From Octopus vulgaris (Eukaryota): a DNA stretch of 64,000 bases. The translations under genes and the position numbers were made by a program. The notes below the pieces were generated by a model that saw only the letters and a program-made list of their open reading frames with translations, was not told where the DNA came from and did not search any database. The stretch covers positions 15,314,001 to 15,378,000 of the forward strand of contig OX597836.1 in NCBI GenBank assembly GCA_951406725.2, in the 5' to 3' direction. Below are positions 12,495 to 24,663 of the stretch, in pieces (within the stretch, counting starts at the first letter, position 1; each line of letters opens with the position of its first letter).

Positions 12495-12964
12495 AGCAGT
12501 CATCAAAGGCCAACTAAGATGGAGCGGCCACGTGATTAGAATGACTGACGAACGACTTCCCAAACAGATCTTCTACTCCCAACTCAAAGATGGCAAGCGT
12601 ACAAAAGGAGGCCAGAAGAAACGCTACAAGGACTCCCTGAAATCGAACCTCAAAAAGTGTGACATTGACTTCACCAACTGGGAGGAAATGGCAAAAAACA
12701 GACCACTCTGGAAAACCACCATCCATGAGGGAACGGCGAATTTCGAGTCGAAAAGGTCTGCAGAGCTGGAGGAGAAAAGACGACGACGGAAGGAGCGCCA
12801 ACAACAACCACGTGCGACTCTCCCTTCCGGCACTAGATGTCCGCACTGTGACCGATCTTTTCGAGCAAGAATTGGTCTTATCAGTCACCTGCGGACTCAC
12901 CAATAAATTTGCGCGAAGACCATCATCCTCGACCTTGAGGGATTGCTATAGTAGTAGTAGTAGT
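12495..12964 (+). mobile_element. RTE/BovB-like LINE 3' end, apparently young
   Basis: Open frame QLRWSGHVIRMTDERLPKQIFYSQL...GGQKKRYKD...CPHCDRSFRARIGLISHLRTH (C2H2 finger), short 3' UTR and (AGT)n tail. Confidence 0.88.
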
Positions 12965-13334
12965 CATGTTAGGGTATAGGGGACATGTAGGAAGAATCAC
13001 AATAGGAACATGTAGGATTGGTGAGATACATGAACATGTTGGTAAGACAGGGATTATGATGTGTTGGATGTATTGGATACTTAACGTCTACTTCTCCATG
13101 GGTCCAATGGAATTTGTCGAAACACATTTTCTACAGCAGGATGCTCTTGTTGTCACCAACCTTACTTGCTTCTAATTAAGGTAATATTCCCCACGATTGG
13201 ACGTGTTTTCATGGAAGATTTGGAATGAAGGAAACTGCTTGCTTGATAGTGACACACATTTACAATCATCACACGATGTCAAGCTAAGGAGACACACACA
13301 CAGGCATTTATATCAGCCTATTATATATGTATGT

Positions 13335-13640
13335 GGAGGCGCAATGGCCCAGTGGTTAGGGCAGCGGGCTCACGGTCGGAGGATCGCGGTTTCGATTCCC
13401 AGACTGGGCATTGTGTGTGTTTATTGAACGAAAACACCTAAAAGCTCCATGAGGCTCCGGCAGGAGGTGGTTGTGACCCCTGTTGTAATCTTTTGCCACA
13501 ACTTTCTCTCACTCTTTCTTCCTGTTTCTTGAGTAACGCTGCGATGGACTGGTGTCTCGTCCAGCAAGGGGGAACACATACACCAGAGAAACCGGGAAAC
13601 CGGGCCCATGAGCCTAGCTAGGCTTGAAAAGGGAGACATT
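13335..13640 (+). mobile_element. tRNA-derived SINE family C
   Basis: GGCGCAATGGCCCAGTGGTTAGGGCA...GGTTTCGATTCC head; tail GGGCCCATGAGCCT(A/G)GCTAGGCTT shared with 45677-45925. Confidence 0.75.
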
Positions 13641-13676
13641 TTTACGTTTTATCATATATGAATACTTACATACATA

Positions 13677-13724
<48 letters not shown>

Positions 13725-14239
13725 CATGCATCACCATGATCATTGGTATTCTTGAATGTCCATTTCCATGCTGGCATGGGTTGGACAGTTTGCCCAGAGC
13801 TGGGAAGCTACACCAGATTCCAGTCTGAGTTGGCTTGGTTTCTATGGCTAGAGTCCTTCCTAACACCAACCACTTTACAGTGTGTGCTGGGTGCTTTTAA
13901 TGTGCCACCGGCATGAGTGCCTTTATGTGGCATCAGCTGAGTGGTTATTATGTGGCACCGGCACAGGACTCTTTTAGGCCAATCCTCTTCACCAAGGAAT
14001 GCAATCTTAACACTTCTGCCGTGAAGGACAAGTCTTCTTGAGTACAGCAAGGTGCCAGTTATCTTGGTCTTTTGTCATCTCACTTGAAAGGTTCAGCATT
14101 CTAAGGTCGTCCTTCAGTTCTTCACTCTCTGTCTTCCTGGGTCTCCTACATCCACGAGTTCCATCCACTTTGAGTGAACAGCACCTCTTTATGGAGCAGT
14201 TGGCAACCATCCACATCATGTATATAAAATGTAAAGAAA

Positions 14240-14897
14240 AGGCGCAGGAGTGGCTGTGTGGTAAGTAGCTTGCTAACCAACCACATGGTTCCGGGTTCAG
14301 TCCCACTGCGTGGCATCTTGGGCAAGTGTCTTCTGCTATAGCCCCGGGTCGACCAATGCCTTGTGAGTGGATTTGGTAGAGAAACTGAAAGAAGCCTGTC
14401 GTATATATATATATATATATGTTTGTGTGTCTGTGTTTGTCTCCTAGCTGCTGTGTGCTTACGTCCCTGTCACTTAGCGGTTTGGCAAAGAGACCGATAG
14501 ATTGTACCGGGCTACAAAGAATTAGTCCGGGTCGACCAATGCCTTGTGAGTGGATTTGGTAACGAAACAAGAAAGATAAAAAGAGGAGAGGCCTGATATA
14601 AATATATATTTCACCAGTATATGTTATGATCGTTTCTCATTGTCAGAGAAAAATAATTTATTTTAGTGTATAAATTATTTTACATGTCTTTACTCTTTTA
14701 CTCTTTTACTTGTTTCAGTCATTTGTTTGCAGCCATGCTGAGACCGATAATCGAATTAACTACTGGGGACTTATTCTTTGTAAAGCACTTATTCCAGGGG
14801 TCTTTGCCAAACCGCTAAGTGACGGGGACTAAACACACCAGCATCGGTTGTCAAGCAGTGCTAGGGACAAACACATACGCACACAAGACATACATAT

Positions 14898-14930
<33 letters not shown>

Positions 14931-15065
14931 CGACGGGCTTATTTCAGTTTCACCAGTTGACCAAATCCACTCACAAGGATTATGATCGGCCCGGGGCTAT
15001 AGCAGAAGACACTTGCCAAGATGCCACGCAGTGGGACTGAACCCGGAACCATAATGGTTGGTTAG
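14240..15065. mobile_element. Two SINE family A copies, tail to tail (14240-14570 +, 14690-15065 -)
   Basis: Match the other copies, both with small deletions. Confidence 0.8.
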
Positions 15066-15349
15066 TGTATAATGAATTATTTTACATGTCTGTATAAATA
15101 TATATGTTAAATTATCGTACAATCTATAAGGTAAAGCAGTAAAGAAGACTTGCTCTTCAGATCAAAGAATATCACAGTTACATCCATTCATCAACTGGAT
15201 TTACTGGACTTCAACTGCATTGGGCAATACATTGCACTCCTTTGTTTTGGTTTATTGTGCAGTTTGTAGCCTGATCCACTAAAGAAGCTTTTTGTGAGTA
15301 CCACCAGATTAGATAAATCCATAAATTATGCATTCATTTTATATATATA

Positions 15350-15850
15350 CTAGCAGTATCGCCCGGCGTTGCTCGGGTTTGTAAGGGAAATAACTATATA
15401 AGCATTTTTAGAGAGTTACTTCCCTTATAGATGCCAATTCGGGCTTTCTTAGCCATTTCTGTTTTGGTGTCTTCAAGCCATGAAGTCGTTGTTCTAAAAG
15501 AACGCTGGTCTCCTTGACAACGCATTACGACGTTGATTTCCTTAAACTCCTTTCCCCACAGCTTCACGAGGGAGGGAAGAAGGGGAGAAGCAAACAGGTG
15601 CAGGTGTGACCATGGACGCCAACTCCGCCGCCATCGACACACGAAAAATTATGCATTAAAATGGAATAAAAAATGATGTTAAATTATTTTTAAAATCGTA
15701 GACACGCGCTAATACTCAGACGGGCTCAATATGAATCACGACTATAAGATACCCGGTTTTGGTTAAACTGCACCGCAAAATGTGGGAGTAGTTAGGAATC
15801 TAAATCGAAGGGGACAGACACTCACACAACTACAGTTTTATATATATAGA
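15350..15850 (-). mobile_element. Non-autonomous Helitron
   Basis: 5' A|TC, 3' CTAG|T, subterminal hairpin CCCG-AGCAACGC-CGGG, no TSD. Confidence 0.8.
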
Positions 15851-16124
15851 TATATATCATCAAAATAAGCAACAGGATCTCCAGAGTATGATTGTTTCAA
15901 GCGACTCCATTTAATTGAACAATGCAACTATTACATCAATTTACATGCAGAGCAATCCTCAGCTGCATAAATACATAGAATTAAATTAAATTAAAACAGA
16001 TGGACACATTAGTGTGTTGCTTATTTTGATTTTAATCACCTTATTTTGAAATTATATGGATAATACCATACTAAATTCTGGTGTCTCAACTTAAGTACCT
16101 AATTCATCTGAATCTAAATTTTTG

Positions 16125-16168
<44 letters not shown>

Positions 16169-17380
16169 TACATACAATGGGCTTCTTTCATCTTCTGTCT
16201 ACCAGATCCAGTCACAGGCTTTGATTGATTCAGGGCTAGGAATACATTATCCAGTGTGCCTTTCTTTTATAAAGGAGATTCAACTGCTCTTTCTAACCTG
16301 TTGAGAAAGCCATTTAGTGGTATTGTCATAAGCGTATATGACTCTGTGGAAGCTATACTATAAGGCTATTGTTGTTAAAACGTTGACAAAACTATATGCA
16401 TTAAGATTAGTGATAATCACTTGGTCAATGGAAACCTCGATACAAGTTCAATCCTCAGCTAAGGCAGTTGAACTTTGCTTCATTTATTTCTTGCTTATAT
16501 GGTGAACAGTATTGACAATGATTACCGGTGAAGAATCAGTCAGTTACTAATTCACTGCATTTAAGATAAGATCGACAAGGGAATGTCTGAGCAACTTGGG
16601 TGGAGCAAATTTTGCACTGTATTCAAGTTTGAAGGCACAAGTTTCTCACGGTTTTGTTATGTCTCTCACTGATATATGCAGCAATAATGAATTTTTTAAT
16701 GATAGCCTCTTGTGTCCAAGCCCCTAATATAGGGGAATCCTCAAGCTAAATATGTCCGGGGGTTGAGCTGCACTTCTTTTTACATCAAAGATTGTTAACT
16801 TAAAACAATCAATTAAATAAGTACTGGGGCCTATTGAGGTGGTGCCCCAACGGGGTCAGAAACCACTGAGAGGAAGTAATACAGAAAGGAATACAGAATT
16901 ATTATGGATAGAACTGTTTCCCTTCAATCTACTTACAGGGTTTTAATTTACAGCAATTAAGTTATTAGGAAGTCATTTTATTGATCCCTAATCCCCTATT
17001 ATTTCTGTCATTGTTGAGTCATATTAATGACACATGTATCATATATCTATATAGGATACATATATACATATGTGTATGTGTGTATATGTATGTGTGTGTG
17101 TGTGTGTGTGTATAAATACTATATATATATATATATGTATATGTGTGTGTGTGTATAGTTAATAAAGGAAATGGAAGATAAAGATTAGTATTAAATCCAT
17201 CTTTTGTTTCCTTCATCAGCCATAAAATCAACAAACACTGCAGATTTCCTGATGTAGATCCAGTGAACATTATATCGTAACTGTAGATGATCTCAGGTAG
17301 CCTAAAGGGTGAAAGTGCTTTAACTGAAATACTAATAGACTTATATACCCAAAGTCCAAAGAGTTTCACACACACACACA

Positions 17381-17461
<81 letters not shown>

Positions 17462-17462
<1 letters not shown>

Positions 17463-17628
17463 GGCGCAGGAGTGGCTGTGTGGTAAGTAGCTTGCTAACC
17501 AACCACATGGTTCTCGGGTTTAATCCCACTGCGTGGCATCTTGGGCAAGTGTCTTCTGCTATGGCCTCAGGCCGACCAGAGCCTTGTAAGTAGATTTGGT
17601 AGACGGAAACTGAAAGAAGCCCGTCGTA

Positions 17629-17677
<49 letters not shown>

Positions 17678-17910
17678 ATATGTTCGTGTGTCTGTGTTTG
17701 CCCCCCAACCCCCACCACCGCTTGACAACCGATGCTGGTGTATTTACGTCCCCATAACTTAGCGGTTTGGCAAAAGAGACCAATAGAATAAGTACTACTA
17801 GGCTTACAAAGAATAAGTTCTGGGGTCGATTTGCCCGACTAAAGGCGGTGCTCCAGCATGCCCGCAGTCAAATGACTGAAACAAGTAAAAGAGTAAAAGA
17901 GTAAAAAAGT
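17462..17910 (+). mobile_element. SINE family A, full length
   Basis: Matches the other copies. Confidence 0.88.
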
Positions 17911-18068
17911 ATATATACAATAATATCATTATATTATATATATATATGTTTATGTCTACTTGTGTAGTTCTTTTTTTTTTTTGTTATTTGTTGTTTTTAG
18001 CCCTTTTTGTTATTTTTGTTGTGTGGCATAATGATGTGTGCTAGACACTTTGAATGTGAAAATGTAAT

Positions 18069-18156
18069 ATGCAGCTGAGGATTGCTCTGCATGTGAATTG
18101 ATGTCATGGTTGCATTGTTCAATTAAATGGTGTTGCTTGAAACGATCATACTGCAT
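18069..18156 (+). ncRNA. Candidate degenerate type I hammerhead ribozyme motif
   Basis: ATGCAG-CTGAGGA-(57 nt)-GAAA-CGATCA-TA-CTGCAT: 6-bp stem I, near-palindromic stem III; inverted copy near 15880-15969. Confidence 0.35.
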
Positions 18157-18210
18157 CACCTCTAGAGATCCTGTTGCTTATTTTGATGATATATATATAT
18201 ATATATATAT

Positions 18211-18603
18211 ACTCTTTTACTTGTTTCAGTCATGTGACTGCAGGAGCACCACCTTTAGTCGAGCAAATCGACCCCATGACTTATTCTTTGTAAGCCTAGT
18301 ACTTATTCAATCGGTCTCTTTTGCCGAACTGCTAAGTTACAGGGACGTAAACACACCAGCATCGGTTATCAAGTGATGTTGGGGGGACAAACACAGACAC
18401 ACAAACATATACACACACAAACATATACACACACATACATACGATGGGCTTCTTTCAGTTTCCGTCTACCAAATCGACTCACAAGGCTTTGGTCGGCCTG
18501 AGGCTATAGTAGAAGAAAGTGCCCAAGGTGCCACGCAGTGGGACTGAACCCAGAACCATGTGGTTCGTAAGCAAGCTACTTACCACACAGCCACTTCTAC
18601 GCC
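18211..18603 (-). mobile_element. SINE family A, full length
   Basis: Matches the other copies. Confidence 0.88.
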
Positions 18604-18613
18604 TATATATATA

Positions 18614-20541
18614 TCTATATATATAAAACTCTAGTTGTGTGAGTGTCTGTTGTGCAGTTTAACCAAATTCGGGTATCTTATAGTCGTGATTCATATCGAG
18701 CCCGTCTGACTATTAGCGCGCGTCAACGATGAGTCTACGATTTAAAAAATAATTTAACATAATTTTTTATTCCATTTTAATGCATAAAATGCATCGTGTG
18801 TCGATGGCGGCGGAGTTGGCGTCCACGCTCACAGCTGCACCTGTTTGCTTCACCCGCTTCCCTCCCTCGTGAAGCTGTGGGGAAGGGAGTGTAAAGAAAT
18901 CAACGTCGTAATGCGTTGTGAAGGAGACCAGCGTTCTTTTAGAACGACTTCATGGCTTGAAGACACCAAAACAGAAATGGCTAAGAAAGCCCGAATTTAT
19001 AAGGGAAGTAACTCTCTAAAAATGCTTATATAGTTATTTCCCTTACAAACCCGAGCAACGCCGGGCGATACTGCTAGTATATATATAAAAGTGAAGTTGT
19101 GTGAGTGTCTGTCTCCTTCGATTTAGATTCCTAACTACTCCCACATTTTGCGGTGCAGTTTAACCAAATTCAGGTATCTTATAGTCGTGATTCATATCGA
19201 GCCCATCTGGGTATTAGCGCGCGTCTACGATGAGTCTACGATTTTAAAAATAATTTACCATAATTTTTTCCCATTTTAATGCATATTTTTTTCCCTCCCT
19301 CATGAAGCAGTGGGGAAGGCAGGGTAGGGAAATCAACGTCCTAAGCGTTGTCAAGGAGACCAGCCTTCTTTTAGAACAACGACTTCATGGTTTTGAAGAC
19401 ACCAAAACAGAAATGGCTAAGAAAGCCGAAAGCAAATTCTACAAAATCGGGAAACACGTCACACAGGGAAGGTTTCCAGTGCAAATAATTTGCACAACCG
19501 AATGCTTTAGTTGTTGCACAACTTTTACTTAAAAAATATTATCCAAACACAAACTTTTGAAGGCAATATTGTATGGCGATGGTACTTGTGAAATATGGTA
19601 ATGGATTTAGTAGCCAAAAGGAGAGAGCAGAGGCATAGTATGGTGGTGGCGGTGGAGACGGTGGTAGTGGCAGCGGTGGTGGCGGTGGTGCTGGTAGTGG
19701 TGATGGTGGTCGTGGTCGTGGTGGTCGTCGTGTTTGTGGTGGTGGTGGTGGTGTTGTTGGTGGTCGTGGTGGTGATGATGGTGGTGGTGGTGGTGATGGT
19801 CATGGTGATAGTGGTGATGGTGGTGGTGGCTGAAGATGTCGTCTGGCTTCTTCCAATTTTTTCGTGTGTCGGTGGCGGCGTTGGCGTTCATCCTCGCACC
19901 TGCACCTGTGTAGCTCCTCCCCTTCTTCCCTCCTCGTGAAGCAGTGGGGAAGGCAGGGTAGGGAAATCAACGTCGTAAAACGTTGTCAAGGAGACCAGCG
20001 TTCTTTTAGAACAACGTCTTCATGGCTTGAAGTCGCCAAAACAGAAATCGCTAAAAAAGCTGAAACAGATCCACAAAAACGGCAAAAACCGCCACACAGG
20101 GCAGGTTTCCTGTGCAAACAATTTGCACAACCGAATGTTTTAGTTGTTGCACAAATCTTTATATATAAAAGTGAAGTTGTGTGTCTGTCTCCTACGATTT
20201 AGATTCCTAACTACTCCCACATTTTGCGGTGCAGTTTAACCAAAACCGGGTATCTTATAGTCGTGATTCATATCGAGCCCTTCTGGGTATTAGCGCGCGT
20301 CTACGATGAGTCTACGATTTAAAAAAAAAATTACCATCATTTTTTCCATTTTAATGCATTTTTTCGCTATTATATAAGGGAAGTAACTCTCTAAAAATGT
20401 CTACGATGAGTCAACGATTTAAAAAAAAAATTACCATCATTTTTTTTCCATTTTTAATGCATTTTTTGGCTATAACTCTCTAAAAATGCTTATATAGTTA
20501 TTTCCCTTACAAACCCGAGCAACGCCGGGCGATACTGCTAG
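18614..20541 (+). mobile_element. Head-to-tail cluster of non-autonomous Helitrons (18614-19077, 19078-20155, 20156-20541)
   Basis: Repeated TC..TATATAAAA 5' ends and CCCGAGCAACGCCGGGCGATACTGCTAG 3' ends; the middle unit carries a (GGT)n tract and an internal duplication. Confidence 0.8.
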
Positions 20542-21176
20542 TATATATATAAAAGTAATGCATAATTTATGGATTTATCTAATATATATGTATGTGTGTG
20601 TGTGTACATGCTTGTGTGTGTGTGTTTGTCCCTCCAACATTGCTTGACAACTGATGCTGTTGTGTTTACGTCCCTGTAACCTAGCGGTTCGGCAAAAGAG
20701 ACTGATAGAATAAGTACTAGGCTTACAAAGAATAAGTCCTGGGGTCGATTTGCTCGCCTAAAGGCGGTGCTCCAGCATGGCCGCAGTCAACTGACTGAAA
20801 CAAGTAAAAGAGTAAAAGAGTAATGTATTCTAGGTTATTAGACAAAGAGTGTTGTTCAAGGAGCTGTCTTCCAAGTCTTATGATGTTATCAGCCTCATAT
20901 ATGTATGTATGTGTGTGTGTGTGTGTGTGTGCGTATGTGTGTGTATGTATGTATGTATGTATGTATGATTGCATGCATGTATGGATGTGTGGGCGTATGA
21001 ATATGGACATAGTGACGTAGGACATTCAAGAAATGAATGACACAAGGGAGGTAACTTGAGACTTATGCTTACATGGTTACTGACTGACTTAGTTCACGAT
21101 TACTCAACACTTGACAACCGGTACTGGTTTACCTGTCTACAGCGTAGCAGATAAACAACAACAAAACTAAAACAAA

Positions 21177-21573
21177 TCTTTATATATAAAAGGGAAGTTG
21201 TGTGTCTGTCTCCTACGATTTAGATTCCTAAACTACTCCCACATTTTGCGCTGCAGTTTAACCAAAACCGGGTATCTTATAGTCGTGATCCATATCGAGC
21301 CCTTCTGGGTATTAGCGCGCGTCTACGATGAGTCTACGATTAAAACAAAAATTTACCATCATTTTTTTCCATTTTAATGTATTTTTTCGCTATTATATAA
21401 GAGAAGTAACTCTCTAAAAATGTCTACGATGTGTCAACAATTTAAAAAAATTTACCATATTTCTTTTTCCATTTTTAATGTATTTTTTTGCTATTTTTTG
21501 GCTATAACTCTCTAAAAATGCTTATATAGTTATTTCCCTTTGAAACCCGAGCAACGCCGGGCGATACTGCTAG
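21177..21573 (+). mobile_element. Non-autonomous Helitron
   Basis: A|TC start, hairpin plus CTAG|T end; close to the 20156-20541 copy. Confidence 0.8.
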
Positions 21574-22106
21574 TTATATAATAAAAGAAAAAGACCGAAC
21601 TTAAGAGTAGTTCTGAGGTCGATTTGGGAGGGAGACAAAGGCAGAAGTGACGTTGTCGCATGGTAGCCGTCAAGCGACTGAATGGGTGTTCCACACATGG
21701 CAATCCAGACGATATATTTCTAATATACTTTAAACACTAAGTCAGAAGCGTAAATTCGAAAGCTAATCCTGAATTTTAATCTTTACCCTAAATCTTAGTC
21801 CCTAATCTTGCTATTTTGAGTCACTGTGAACAAGGGCAGTAACCACGTAAGCGAAAGTCTCGCGTCACCTCCTTTGCATTGTGAATAGATGCACACACAC
21901 TTGGGTGTATGCATCGACATTTCAATGAACACACCAACTCAACCACATATTCACAAACACCGGGAACTCTCTTAAAACTCAAAAGTCTGGTTGCTTTGTT
22001 AGCAACTGGCTTCGACTCTCTCAAGAATTTAAATTAAACGCAGGGAGAAAAAAAAAAAAATCATACAGTCTCGAGTAATCTCCCTTGAGCTATTAGACTG
22101 TTTGTG

Positions 22107-22500
22107 AGGCGGCGAGCTGGCAGAAACGTTAGCACGCCGGGCGAAATACTCAGCGGTATTTCGTCTGCCGTTACCTTCTGAGTTCAAATTCCGCCCAGGT
22201 CGACTTTGCCTTTCATCCTTTCGGGGTCGATAAATTAAGTACCAGTTACGCACTGAGGTCGATGTAATCGACTTAATACCTATGTCTGTCCTTGTTTGTC
22301 CCCTCTGTGTTTAGCCTTTTGTAGGTAATAAAGAAATAGGTATTTCGTCTACCTTTACGTTCTGAGTTCAAATTCCGCCGAGTTTGACTTTGCCTTTCAG
22401 CATTTTGCTGTCGGTAAATTAAGTACCAGTTGCATACTGAGGTTGATCTAATCGACTGACCCAAATTTCGGGTCTTGTGCCTAGAGTAGAAAAGAATACG
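22107..22500 (+). mobile_element. tRNA-derived SINE family B (Meta-domain-like core), tandem partial dimer
   Basis: GGCGGCGAGCTGGCAGAA...GAGTTCAAATTCC head, core GTCGACTTTGCCTTTCATCCTTTCGGGGTCGATAAA. Other copies at about 97-245, 10547-10760, 60030-60238, 61815-62043. Confidence 0.8.
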
Positions 22501-22559
22501 CCCCTATACACACACACACACACTCACTAAAGGCCCATAGCATGCCTAGATATTATGTA

Positions 22560-22880
22560 TAAACCGTGCACAGGCTGTCTGAATATGTTTCTCCAAGACC
22601 ACTGCCAAATGGTGTGATACCCGATGGACAGGCAGGATGAAAGAAAGAAGTCTGGGGCTTCTCCTCATCAAAGCTGTCCTTGAGGAAGCCAAGTAACATC
22701 ACCGTAATCTCTTAACGACATAGTTAGATTACAAGAAGGCATTCGACTCTGTGCCCCACAAATCTCGAGAAATTAGGCTTCTCAAAACCAGAAAGGAGAA
22801 AGCTAATTCGAAGGCTACAGATCCAATCCATCATTGGAACCGTAAAAATCTGGAAAACTTTATCGAAGTTTATCATTTAA
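22560..22880 (+). mobile_element. R4/Dong-like non-LTR retrotransposon relic
   Basis: Encodes LDYKKAFDSVPH and a C-terminal IIGTVKI-like stretch. Confidence 0.5.
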
Positions 22881-22959
22881 ATATATATGAGCATGTCTAG
22901 ATATGTAACTCCATGCACGAGAATACATACATAAAACATACAAATCTGCACATACATAC

Positions 22960-23310
22960 ATGGTGGCTGCCCCCCTCGTTATCGAGTATGGCCATTGCAC
23001 GAAGCTTAATCAATGTTGTTATCGTGCAATGCCTGTGCAAGAAGATTTCTTTGAAAGTGAGGAATGGCTGTGCACTGAGTCAATCCCACTCACTAAGCAA
23101 CAGCAGCCATAATCCGAAAAGAAGAACAAGTGAACATCATCGGTAACCACTGAGCCGCAGGTTTTATGTCGGAGTTATCCCAGTTACCCGAGTACCTTCT
23201 CCTAGAAGGATGCCCTAACACAGGCTAGGAGTCCTTCACTCCCAATGGTTTAACCGCGCGATCGGGTATTCAATCCAATTATTTCTATGTCCCCGCGCAT
23301 GATACAGCCT
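22960..23310. repeat. Dispersed repeat, probably retroelement-derived; inverted copy at about 58930-59263
   Basis: Direct sequence match between the two sites on opposite strands. Confidence 0.7.
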
Positions 23311-24144
23311 TAAGGCATTTATTGGATGGCCGTTGACTCTGAAGAGTTCCTCAGCCCTTTGACGGGTTTTGATTTTCATCCCGCAGGATGTCCAAGCAAG
23401 CTTAGTGGGGTTGTCGGTTTAGTCGCCGACGACCCGACCATGCAACAGGTTGTTACTGGGTTACATGTTACCAGTAGCACTCGAAAGTGACCCGACATAA
23501 CATACATACATACATTACATTACATTACATTACATACATACAAAAATACCCTGTTACTGATGCTTGTCCACCGGTGATGTCCCCATGGATGACGAAAGCA
23601 AGCTTGGTACGCTGGAAAAATCTAGCATGTCAACACACATCGGCGACGTTTTCTCAGTGAAATAGCGGTGATGCAGGATTTTAGAAGCTGTGTACGTGTC
23701 ACGGCTGGTCTATTTAGGAGCACTGCCGCCCTCTCTGTACGAGGGGCCTCGAGACCATGGGCATCAGGCACGCGAACCGTCGTCCACCCGAAAGAAAACC
23801 ACGCGAATGGTTTATCTGGACCCTGAATAATGCTCTCAACGTCTACTTTTTGTCCAACGGGGATGTCCCCACGGATGACGAAAGCAGGCTTGGTACGTTT
23901 TTTCCGTGAAATAGCGCTGACGCGGGATTTTGGCAGCTGTGTAAGTGTCACGGCTGGTCTATTTAGGAGCACTACGGCCCCCTTTGTACGAGGAAACCCC
24001 TATAAAGGGTGGGAGTAAACATCATCTGGCTGGTTTATTGTGACTGGTGGGCACTCATCTCAGCAGCAGAAGATCCCAGTGTTTGACTGGTACTTATTTT
24101 ATCGACCTCAAAAGGATAAAAGGCAAACTCAGAACGTAAAGTAG

Positions 24145-24428
24145 GAAGAAAAGCCACCGAGCATAACGCGGTAACGATTCTGCCATCGCGTCACCTTGCC
24201 ACCATCAGCGATATTTATTTCGAACACAGATGGCAACGAATTTGCTGAAGGACAGAGTCAATAAGATTGACTCCAGTATATAACTGAAGAAAAGCCACTG
24301 AGCATAACGCGGTAACGATTCTGCCATCGCGTCACCTTGCCACCATCAGCGATATTTATTTCGAACACAGATGGCAACGAAATTGCTGAAGGACAGAGTC
24401 AATAAGATTGACTCCAGTATATAACTGA
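24145..24428. repeat. 141-bp tandem duplication of SINE-derived sequence
   Basis: Units start 24145 and 24286, near identical. Confidence 0.85.
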
Positions 24429-24500
24429 TACTTTATTTCAACGAGCCCTGAACGATGAAACGAAAGAGATATGAGATGAAAAACTTTGGTGAAATTAACT

Positions 24501-24506
24501 TTTATT
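24501..24506 (-). terminator. Polyadenylation signal AATAAA of CFAP57 copy 1
   Basis: About 160 nt after the stop, in a context conserved in all three copies. Confidence 0.6.
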
Positions 24507-24663
24507 AGCAATAACAATATTACATGTATGAAAAAAAAAAAATTCTTGCTTCACACAGCACGGTTTTTATCACTCAGTGTAAAAACGGACGTGTGACAAT
24601 ATACGATTCGTTTCGTCACATTAAAATGGTAAAACTGCAGCGATCAACAAATAACATCCATTT

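Noticed and set aside
13335-13410. tRNA-like sequence (also 45677-45750, 50993-51065 and SINE A/B heads)
   Set aside because: A/B boxes run directly into SINE bodies and no complete cloverleaf is evident; SINE heads, not tRNA genes.
16200-16800. Faint hAT-transposase-like words on the minus strand (e.g. AYDN)
   Set aside because: Too decayed to support by eye; needs a translated HMM search.
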